Assembly (NCBI GenBank): GCA_026936335.1
Contig: JAPMXV010000005.1
Coordinates: forward strand, 186,001-250,000
Reading direction: 5' to 3'
Source of the DNA: Mantamonas sphyraenae STR306
Lineage: Eukaryota; Protista; CRuMs
DNA length: 64,000 nucleotides
A model generated the notes under the pieces. That model did no database searches and was not told the origin of the DNA. It saw nothing but the letters and a program-made list of their open reading frames with translations. Positions 1-9,200 of the stretch are shown here, in pieces (position 1 is the first letter of the stretch; each line of letters opens with the position of its first letter). The translations under genes and the position numbers were made by a program.

Positions 1-1272
1 CGCATTGTTTGCAGCCAGTCCACCCAGAACTGCATGTGACGGGGTACGGCGAGTGCACACAAGGGCACGTGGGTCTGTGTGAGCTGCAGGGCAGGTGGTG
101 AAACGAGAAAAACGGCAGGAAACGCACTGATGTCTGAACCGACGGAACCGGCTGCCAGGGAGCTGCCCAGAAAGCGCACCGAGCGCACACCAGACCACGC
201 AGAGACACCGCCGCCGTACAGATAGCGTCCGGCACAGAGGGTGGGGCGTGTGAGACCTGTGGGTGGGGAGTGTGAGACGAGCTGGAACAAGGGTCAAGCA
301 AAAAAGCTTCGCTGCGGGCGCCTGCGGCGGAAACACAGCGACGTGGGTGGGCCACATACCCATCTGTGCTGAAAAGGAAAGTTCATCGCGGACTCCGCCG
401 GCAGAGACAGAGTTGAAGAGAAGGGCACGCGAGTTGATGCCGCCTGTGCCGCTGGTGGTGGTGAGGACATTGCTGCCGTTGACCAGCATGGGCGCCGTGA
501 GCACTGCAAGGGCGGAAAGGCAGGGGATGAGGAACAGGGAAACAGGGTGGAGAGGTGACCAGTGATGTGTCAGCAACATCGCACGTGTGTGTGTGTGCAC
601 GCGGTCTGATGGGAAGACGTACTGGGCGCGTTCAGTGAGAAGTTCCAGGCATCCTCAAGCCTGCTGGTCAGGCCGTAGAGCTTAGGGGTGGATGCAGCCT
701 GGCAGCCCACAATGATGTCCCCCTTTTGTGACACTGCAGCTGCGCCGAGGACTGTGGGCAGTTTCCAAGGGACGGAGGCAGGGCGGGAGAAGAAACGGAT
801 GAGCGGCGGGAAAACGAGTTTGCAGTCGTGCGGGGAGGCCGATGCATGTGTGCATGGGGCACGGAAACGGGAGAATGGAAATGAACAAAGTGGTGTGCAG
901 GGCATGGAGGGCAAAGTGTGGGTGCAAACGCACATATACAACCGGCAACCTGGGTGGAAGTGTGGTCTGCGCCGGTGGCCAAATCGGGAACATGCGCATC
1001 AGGGAACGCATGGGAGCGGCCTGTGTTGGATGTGTCGGCCTGGTACATGGGCCACCCTGCGTTTTCGTCCAAGGAAAAGTCAGCAGCGACCATGTGCATG
1101 CCCAGGAGGAGCAGTAGGAGGGCGAGAAGACGGGTCTGGAAAAGGGAAACGGATTCGGCGGGTGAAGGCGGGTTGGGTCGACAGGAAGGTGTGGGTGTGA
1201 GTCGGGGGAGGAAGAGGGTGGGAGGGTGGGAGAACGGTGGCTGGGGCGTACCGTGGGGGTCGGAATGGACAT
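1..1272 (-). CDS. Secreted PQQ/BamB-like beta-propeller protein, multi-exon, 3' part beyond the window's left edge
   Basis: ATG at 1272 (MSIPTPT), intron gtacgc...ttccag, then a signal peptide TRLLALLLLLLGMHMVAA and WPMYQADTSNTGRS, the typical W-P-x-x-x-x-D-x-x-x-T-G start of PQQ-like propellers. Later exons give GDIIVGCQ..KLYGL and LTAPMLVNGSNVL. Confidence 0.55.
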
Positions 1273-1482
1273 GGTGGTCGCGTATCCGAGGAGGGCAGGG
1301 GGAAAATGGTTGGGTGCGGGAAGGCGGGGACAGGACGGGTCGGTGGAGGGGTGGGCAGGGATGGGAGGGAAGGGTATGGAAAGAAGGGAGGCGTGTGTGT
1401 GTATGTGGGAGGTGGAGAGGACGGGGGAGGGATTGGGAGGTGGAGGAGCGGGGTGGAAGTGGTTGTGCGGGGGAAAACGGGC

Positions 1483-1551
1483 GGTCGCAAGTGCGCGCGG
1501 GGCAGTAGGTTTGGCGCAGGGTGTACCTGGAGAGGCAGCGGAAGAAAAGTA
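1483..1551 (+). promoter_or_regulatory. Upstream elements of 5S copy 1: GGTCGCAAGTG (1483-1493), TGTA (1522-1525), AAGTA (1547-1551)
   Basis: The same motifs occur at the same offsets (within 1 nt) upstream of all three 5S copies. Confidence 0.65.
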
Positions 1552-1669
1552 ACCAACGTTCAAACACTCCAGAAAGCACAGGGTCCCTGCCGAACCCCAC
1601 CGTTAAGCTGGAGATGGCAGCCGTAGTACTTTGATGGGGGACCTCAAGGGAATTGGCTGTGACGTTGGT
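1552..1669 (+). rRNA. 5S rRNA: 5S rRNA gene, copy 1
   Basis: 118 nt. Helix I ACCAACGUU/GACGUUGGU; helix II CACUCCAG/CUGGAG(A)UG; conserved GUUAAGC; loop E UAGUA...GAA; helices GCAGCCG/UGGCUGU and CUUUGA/UCAAGG; GG-GGGA-CC tetraloop; followed by an oligo-T Pol III terminator. Confidence 0.95.
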
Positions 1670-1676
1670 AATTCTC

Positions 1677-1691
1677 TTTTTTGCTTTTTTT
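1677..1691 (+). terminator. Oligo(dT) Pol III terminator of 5S copy 1
   Basis: TTTTTT-GC-TTTTTTT just after the 5S 3' end; copies 2 and 3 also have T-runs here. Confidence 0.8.
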
Positions 1692-1911
1692 CGGCTTGGC
1701 TCTTTTTGCGTATGGTTCCCAGTGCCGACTGTGGGTCATTGTGTTTTCGGGCGGGTGGGGTGGGTAGTGCTTCGCTTCATTGAATGTGTCCACGTGTGTG
1801 TGTGTATGTGTGTGTCTTGTTCCCCCCTGCTCTCCTGCAGACAATGAACTGGGACTCAGCGTTGATTCGTGGGTACTGGGAGTCGGTGGGGGCGCATGTC
1901 ATGCATACCCA

Positions 1912-4900
1912 TCAAGCACCTGTCCATGCCCCGTTTGCACGCACCAGCCACGTCTCCACCCTCTCCACCACCTCGTCCGGCAGCGTCACCCACTGTTCCC
2001 ACCCCTTCTCCTCCACATACCTGTCCATCCCACCCGCCTCGAACATCGCTTCCCTTTCCTCCATGTTCATCACAAACATCGTTTCCAGCTCCTCGTCGAG
2101 CCCATCCGTCTCCAACAGCATCCAATGCACGGCGCGACTCCACGTTGGCCTCGTTGTTCGGCGCACCTTGGACGCATCTGCCCCGAGCCACCGCAGCTCC
2201 TGAATCATCTCATCGCGTCGGGCCGATCTAGACCAAATGGCCCGTTCAAGGACACTGACAGAGTCTCGCACACTGCCTGCCCGCGTGTTTGGATTTGCTC
2301 CCCACTTGATGCCGGCTCTCACCAGCTCCACCTCGCCGAGTCTTGCAGCCGCAATCACCTCCTCTGCCACGTTGCAGTTGCGCAGGAGCACAGGATGGCG
2401 CCAAAACCCGTCGACAATGACATGGCACAGCCGCTTGTTCTCCTCGCAGACAGTCATCTTGGTTACGGCCGTGTCGTACGGGTGCAGCCGCAGACGCTCC
2501 AAGTTCACTGTAGGTGTGCTGCTTAGCAGCTCCTCAAGCACCTTCTCACTGCCCAACCGTAGAGAGATCGCCTGCAAGTCCAGTTCCATCAGACTGCTTT
2601 TCGGCGACCAAGCGCTGCGAAGCAAAGTCTCCGTGATCACATCCATCATCGACACAGAGGCTTTCTCCACTTTGGCCATGTGCAGCCGCTCCAATGTCAC
2701 CGCGAATTGTGCCAGTTGGATTGCCTGGGAGCTGCTCAGCGAGGCGCGATTCATGACCAGACATTGCAACATGCCGGGATGTTGCACCAACGCCTGAACA
2801 AACAAGGCAAACTCGGCCTCGGAAGTTTCCCCCGTCAGTTCCAGCACCTGGATGGGTTCTCGGCTCACAGAGAGGGCAGCCGTGACCAACCTGAGCTCAC
2901 CAAACCCCATGCGCAGTCTCTGTCCAGACAATGTCGCCCCTGCGCGCAGCAACGCAAGCACAACTTCCTCCGTTTCACCCTTCCACGTTTCCAGCGCTTG
3001 GCTCACAGGACACATGAAACTGCCCATGCCAGTTGGGTGAGGACTAGCCCCAGCATCAAGCAGCATCTGCACCGAATGCAGACACCCGCGCGTCGCTGCG
3101 TGCACCACAGGCGGCGGTACTTTCCTCCTGCCCTCTTCGAGCTGGCTCCCGTGCACATTTGCTCCTGCATCAAGCAGCACCTTTACCATGGCCGCACGTG
3201 CGGTGTCGTTGACTGTGTTTGCCGCCAGCGCGAGCAGCGACCACCCGTCCCGCTCATGCTGTGGATCAGCCCCTGCTTCCAGCAGCATCTGCAGCACTGA
3301 CACCTTGCATTGTTCAACAGCAATCATGGCCCCTGCGTCGTAATCCAGCGCCTGTCCGCAGCGCAGGATCAGGTTCACCATCAACTCGCCTGACGATCTC
3401 ACCGCATACGTCAGCGCGCTCTCTCCCGCGTCGTCCACGTGCGACACATCTGCACCAACCTCCAGCATGCACTTCACTGTGTTCAGAAATCCCTTCTCCA
3501 CCGCCGCCGTGATGGCGCGTTTGTTCGAAAAGGGACAATTGACGTCAAGTTTTGCGCCTGCATCCACCAGCATCCTCAATGCATTGGTTTGGTGGTTGTC
3601 GCATGCACACCACACAGGTGTGGCACCATGAGCACTTACAGCATCGACGTTTGCTCCCGCTTCAATCAGCAGGCGCACCGTGTCTGCAGACGAGCCCTCG
3701 TCCCGAGTCAGAGTCACCATCAATGGCGTGAAGCCCTGTTTGCCCGATTCCACGTCAAATCCGCCCTTCAAAAGTGCCTCCATGCAGCCAATGTGCTGTT
3801 TGTCGTCCGCAAAGAAGAACGCGGTCACTCCGTTGGCTCCCTCTGCATTTGGATCTGCCCCAGCTTGCAGCAGCAAACGCACGCATTCCTCGTGGCCACT
3901 TCTGCTGGCTGCAATGAGCGCTGTGAATCCAGAGTGCGTCGCAGGGCAGTCAATGTCTGCACCGGCCTCCAGCAACGTGCGCACGTTGCTTGTTTTGCCA
4001 TTGGCAGCTGCCGCCGCCAGGGCTGTGTGCGGGAATCCCGATGAGATCCTGTCCACCATTGCGCCGTGTGCCAACAACCGCTGGACCATCTCTGGCGATG
4101 CAGACGCAGATGCAAGCAACAGCACGTCCAACGTGTCTTCTGGCCCATTCACATCCACTCCCGACGCCACCAACAGGTCGACCATGTCCACATTGTCTGC
4201 TTGGATCACTTTGCACAGAATCGTGTGGCACATGGAAGGGGCGATGACGTGCGCGCGCAGGAGACAATCCAGCATGGCCACGGATCCGGCCTCGATGGCT
4301 GCCTCCATCGCCATCCCTTGAGCCCACGGGTTGCCAGCACAGACGCCTGCATTGACCAATAGCTGGCATATGTCCATCCTGCCTTGTTCGATGGCACTCA
4401 CCAAAGGCGTTGTCTTGTCTCCAGACGAGGCATTGCTGAATAGGGCAATGTGTCGCCCTGCCAGCACCCGGACACATTCAAGGGTGCCTGATCTGACCAA
4501 TTCCAACGCCAGTGTCTTCAGTACCGTTTCTCTTGCGTCCAGCACCTTGCCTTTGTCCACCAGTGTGACAACACAGTCCACATGACCCTGCGAGGCTGCT
4601 GCCACCACTGCCTTCACCACGTGTCTTTTCATGCGCACCTTGGCCCACTGAGGGTCTTCCAGCATCTGTGAAATCTGTTTTGCATCTCCACCCTCGGCTG
4701 CTTCCACCAGCTGCAATCCCATGCTGCGCTTTTCGCCTGGTTGTGCTCGTACCCGTTCCTCCTCCTCCTCCTCCTCTTCCTCTCGCTCATTTCTCCCTAC
4801 CTCCCACACACGGGAAAGCGCACCTGCGTGGAAACATGCACGCAGTTCTGTTGTCTCCACCTGAGTACCCTCAGGATGCTGTGGCCCGTTGGAGGACGAC

Positions 4901-5643
4901 GACCCAAAACGCTGATTGGTGTTCGATCTGTTGCTGCTGGCGCCTGAAGAGCGTTGTTTCACTTTGAAACTGCTTCTTTGCTTGCTTGATCCATCGTCGT
5001 GGTCCTCAGTGCGCTGTCGAGTGGACTTGGGGTGAGTGATGAATCGACGTCGTCGTTTTCCCTCCTCTTTCGTCATGGTCAGCCACTCTGCCACTCTCCA
5101 CACAAAGGCATGGCATAGACCCTCCGCGTCGCGGATGAGAAGCGCCATTTCCACTGCCAGGTCGTCGTCCGCGGCCACTGCAAAGTGCACCTCCTTGCGC
5201 CAGGGAACCACACGTCGATCTCGCTCGCGTCCGCCGCCGTACATGGCCTGCCTCAGCCACGTACGACCTTGCTCGCCCATGTCCCACACAGCTGCGCCAG
5301 TCGCAAGCACGGCGCTTCGCTCCCAGTCAAATTCCACGCCTGATCTGCTGGCGCCAAAGCCCTCCACCAGCGCGTACGTGCACTCAAAGTGCTTCCCTTT
5401 CACAGCATGGTGCAATGCACGCCGACCATTTGCATCTTCAATGTCCACAGCTGCGCCGGCTGAGCACAGGGCCCACACTTTGTCCGCGCGTCCGTTTTGG
5501 CTGGCGATCATGAGTGGGGTTTGCCCGTTGCTGGAGTTTTGGGCATTCAGTGCTTCGGAGTCGCATGTCTTCAAGGCGTCAAGTAGCTTCTCGACACTTC
5601 CCCACCGACCACAATGGGCAACCAGGTCGTCTGGTGTGGACAT
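1912..5643 (-). CDS. Ankyrin-repeat protein with LRR-like segment and C-terminal F-box-like motif (apparently intronless)
   Basis: Likely ATG at 5643 (MSTPDDL). Many ANK repeats (GQTPLMIAS, GFTALIAASRSGHEECVRLLL, GATPVWCAC). LxxLxL strands (LERLHM, LMELDL, LERLRL). C-terminal WVTLPDEVVERVETWL. Confidence 0.85.
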   Translation of the reverse strand: MSTPDDLVAHCGRWGSVEKLLDALKTCDSEALNAQNSSNGQTPLMIASQNGRADKVWALCSAGAAVDIEDANGRRALHHAVKGKHFECTYALVEGFGASRSGVEFDWERSAVLATGAAVWDMGEQGRTWLRQAMYGGGRERDRRVVPWRKEVHFAVAADDDLAVEMALLIRDAEGLCHAFVWRVAEWLTMTKEEGKRRRRFITHPKSTRQRTEDHDDGSSKQRSSFKVKQRSSGASSNRSNTNQRFGSSSSNGPQHPEGTQVETTELRACFHAGALSRVWEVGRNEREEEEEEEEERVRAQPGEKRSMGLQLVEAAEGGDAKQISQMLEDPQWAKVRMKRHVVKAVVAAASQGHVDCVVTLVDKGKVLDARETVLKTLALELVRSGTLECVRVLAGRHIALFSNASSGDKTTPLVSAIEQGRMDICQLLVNAGVCAGNPWAQGMAMEAAIEAGSVAMLDCLLRAHVIAPSMCHTILCKVIQADNVDMVDLLVASGVDVNGPEDTLDVLLLASASASPEMVQRLLAHGAMVDRISSGFPHTALAAAAANGKTSNVRTLLEAGADIDCPATHSGFTALIAASRSGHEECVRLLLQAGADPNAEGANGVTAFFFADDKQHIGCMEALLKGGFDVESGKQGFTPLMVTLTRDEGSSADTVRLLIEAGANVDAVSAHGATPVWCACDNHQTNALRMLVDAGAKLDVNCPFSNKRAITAAVEKGFLNTVKCMLEVGADVSHVDDAGESALTYAVRSSGELMVNLILRCGQALDYDAGAMIAVEQCKVSVLQMLLEAGADPQHERDGWSLLALAANTVNDTARAAMVKVLLDAGANVHGSQLEEGRRKVPPPVVHAATRGCLHSVQMLLDAGASPHPTGMGSFMCPVSQALETWKGETEEVVLALLRAGATLSGQRLRMGFGELRLVTAALSVSREPIQVLELTGETSEAEFALFVQALVQHPGMLQCLVMNRASLSSSQAIQLAQFAVTLERLHMAKVEKASVSMMDVITETLLRSAWSPKSSLMELDLQAISLRLGSEKVLEELLSSTPTVNLERLRLHPYDTAVTKMTVCEENKRLCHVIVDGFWRHPVLLRNCNVAEEVIAAARLGEVELVRAGIKWGANPNTRAGSVRDSVSVLERAIWSRSARRDEMIQELRWLGADASKVRRTTRPTWSRAVHWMLLETDGLDEELETMFVMNMEEREAMFEAGGMDRYVEEKGWEQWVTLPDEVVERVETWLVRANGAWTGA

Positions 5644-5799
5644 GGTGGCTGGTTGGGCAAGATGGCGCCCGTTCTGCCTCTGAGGTTGCTTGATGAGACA
5701 GATGACTGGGGTGGGCTGGGAAGAACAACTTGTGTTGGGAGGGGAAGAAAGTGTGGAGAGACGCATGTTGCAAGGAAGCCAAAAAAGAAAAAGAGAATT

Positions 5800-5917
5800 A
5801 CCAACGTCACAGCCAATTCCCTTGAGGTCCCCCATCAAAGTACTACGGCTGCCATCTCCAGCTTAACGGTGGGGTTCGGCAGGGACCCTGTGCTTTCTGG
5901 AGTGTTTGAACGTTGGT
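5800..5917 (-). rRNA. 5S rRNA: 5S rRNA gene, copy 2
   Basis: Reverse complement is identical to 1552-1669; T-runs follow (A-runs at ~5781-5792 on +). Confidence 0.95.
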
Positions 5918-5985
5918 TACTTCCCTTCAGCCGATTTCATGTTTACAAGCCACCCGACCCACCACCCTCTCATCCACTTGCGACC
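5918..5985 (-). promoter_or_regulatory. Upstream elements of 5S copy 2
   Basis: CACTTGCGACC at 5975-5985, TACA at 5944-5947 and TACTT at 5918-5922 on +. The sequence between the motifs differs from copies 1 and 3. Confidence 0.65.
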
Positions 5986-6201
5986 AACGCCATTCTCCTC
6001 CCTACAACTTCTTTCGCTTCCTACGCACCATACACATGCCCCCACCGTCCTTAACCCACCGCACATCCCTTTAACTCACATATCCACCGCTCTGCCTGTG
6101 CTCATCTCCCCAGCCTCTCCTTTTCCGCTTGCACGCTCCGATTTCTCTCTTCCACCGCCGCTCTTCCTCCGCCAACCACCCGTTGCGCGCAGCCGAGAAC
6201 G

Positions 6202-9200
6202 ATGAGCAGCGCTGCAATGGTTTCCATGCGTCAGATGTGCGGATGCACACTGGCCATGGTGCTGGTTTTGTCCAGTGTCTTGATCTCCGTCCACGGTGCG
6301 TGTGTTTTCTCCGGAGGTGTCATCACCGTTCTTTTTGCTCGCTTACACCTCGACGCCCCGACGGCCTGTGCCCACTCCACCTCCCCATCCCACCACCCAG
6401 GTTTGCATGACGGAGGCGCAAACAAGGCCATCCAGTTTAACGGCAACACCATCGCCGTCGTGGGCTGTAGGTTGCGTGGCGAGGTTCCCTGAGACCCTTT
6501 GTTTCCACAACTCGCGCCATGGCCATCGTTTTCCACCCGTCACCGACGTCTGCCTGCTCACAGCCGCTGCCCTTGTCTCCCTTCTGCAGCCACGACCACC
6601 GCTGGCTCGAGTGCATTCAACATCGGCACCAGTGTCTTTACGCTAAGCATGTGGGTGAAAACGAGCACGAGTGCAGGCATGCTCTGGTTCAAAAGCCAGT
6701 CAACACAGAACTACAACGTGTACGACTGCGGCGCAGCCACGGCCAAGAACCGATATGAGTTTTACACGATGTGCATCCAACCCAACGGCCGTGTGCGCTC
6801 CTTCATCCAGTCCTATGGCGGTCACTACACTCAGTCGAAAGCTCAACCCAGCAGTCAAGGATCAGCGGTGTCCTCCACATCGATCACCGACGACCAGGTA
6901 GGTACACAGCTCCCCCGTTGCCCACACACTGCATCAGTAACTGACACAACACCCCGCAATACAGTGGCACTTTGTCGTCACCCGGCGTGTCAACACCGCT
7001 ACACATCAGGTAGGTGTGGATGGCACCTTTGTGAGCTATTCGCGCACAGACGGCAACACGAACGTGCAGATTCCGAGCAATCAGGCAACGTATGTTGGAG
7101 CCAGGGGGTTCAACGGCCTGATCGACGACATTCGCTTTGCCGCTGGTTTGGTGTTGTCAGACGCCGAGCTGCAATCCTCCATGCGAAGCCAAGACGACGG
7201 AGGACTGTATGCATACTTTCAGTTCAACGGTAACCTGGTGTGCAGCACCGATAGCAACCTCAATGGCGGCATTGTTTCCGGTGCCGCCACATACAGCACC
7301 AACCACGCACCCACCAACCTCGACTGTGCAGGCGTCTGGGGTGGCACCAAGAAATATGATGGTACGTCCACGAACCGTGTGTTCCTCGTGTTGTAGTTTG
7401 AGCTAACCCGCCCACCCCCCCTCCCAAACCCCGTTCCCTTGCAATTGCAGCGTGTGGTGTATGCGACGGCCCGGTAACTGAACCCACCACGTCAAAGAGT
7501 GTGACGAAGGTGGGCACTCCGCCGCAGAAGGTGGGGGAGATTGTCACACTGCGGTACACAGAGGTGGCCAAGTGTGCGCAGTCCAACTTTGCAGCCAACT
7601 TTGTCACGGCATCGTTTTCCCAGGTGCCGAACGGCGTGCAGCTGCAGCCCACTGTCACATCTGTCTCGTTGGACAAGAACAACGCGCAATGGGACATTTC
7701 TTTCAATGCAACCGTCGTGGGAGCGTACACAGTGGTCATCACCACGCAAGCAGCCTTTCCAAACGTCGCCAACAACCCATTTACCATCACAAAGACAGCT
7801 GATCGTACGTTCCTACCTCCCCCCCCCCCCTTCCCCACTTCCTCTCCTTCCTCTCATTCCTAACCTTCCCCCCCCCCCCCCTCTCCTTCCCCCGCACAGA
7901 ACCGATCGGCCAGATTGCAGGGTTGCCAACTTCGACGGTGGTCAAGGCAACGCTCGGCGCGACGCTGACATTCAAGGACCGATTTGGCAACGCAGTTGTG
8001 TCTGGCAACCCGACGTCGGGAACTCTGGCTGGTGTGGGCAACGTTCAGGTGTCTGCAACGGCGCAGTCCAACGTGTTCTCGCTTGCGATCCCTGCGTTCC
8101 GCGCGGGCACGTTTACGCTTTCTCTGTCCAACATTGGCTCTGTGTTTCCCCAATTGCCTGCGGCCATCACGCTGACGCCCGGAAGTCTGTCGTACGCACA
8201 GTCGACCACGACACGCACCCCTGCGTCGATGGTTGCGGGCGCGTCGTTCACGACAACGGTGGAGGCTGCGGATGTGTTTGGCAACCGCCGTCCCGGACTG
8301 GATGCGTTTCAGGTGACGTGGACAGGTGTCACGGTGACGAGCGTAACGGGTACGCTGAGTCTGACGCACGGAAGCAACGGGACGTACGAACGTACGGTGC
8401 CGCTGACTGTGGCACAGACGTACAGCCTGAGCGTGCGCAACCCTTCGGATGGTCAAGTGCTGGCCACATTCCCGTTGACAGTGACGCCTGCGTCTGTGGA
8501 TGTGGGCAACAGCGACTTGCAAAGCGCCCCTACCGCGTTGCCACGCAACTACGCATGGCATGTGGACATCCAACAACGCGACCAGTACGGCAACCCGAGC
8601 AATGTGGGTGCGCCCACTTGGGCAGCTGCTCTTGTGGGTCCGACGCCGACGGTGAATGCCACCGTAAGCACGCCTGGAGGCGGAGGGGTCGGTTTGCTGC
8701 GCGCTTCGTTTGCGAGCGCTGGCTCTTTTGTGGGTGCGGCGACATTGCATGTGACGGCAGCGAGTGCGTATGTGAAAGGAGGCGTGGTGGCGATCAACGT
8801 GGTGGACTTTCCCACCGCGACGTCGCTGCAGCCGGAGATTGCGGTGACGACGGCAGGCACGCGGATCACAGTGACCGGGACCAACTTTGTGGCGTCGTCG
8901 CAGCTCAAATGCTACTTCAACACGCCGAGCAACGTGGGTGCGGCTGTGTTTGTGTCGTCGACGCGTGTGGAGTGCATCTCGCCTGCCCTGGGAGTGGGTC
9001 AGCAGGTGCGCGTGGAAGTGAGCACCAACGGGTTGAATTTTACAAGCAACAACCTGACGGTGTCGACGGTGGTGCCGTGCACTGTCACTGCGCTGTCTAC
9101 GACGACAGGTCCCACGTTTGGCGGCTTCCCTGTGACGGTGACAGGCACGGAATTTGTGCAATCGTCGCTGCTGTACTGCCGCTTTGGCACACTCGAGTCG

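Noticed and set aside
1482-1745. 5S repeat as a SINE3, MITE or other transposon
   Set aside because: The copies are full length, identical and fold correctly, with an immediate T-terminator and conserved upstream sequence. There is no poly-A tail, terminal inverted repeat or target-site duplication.
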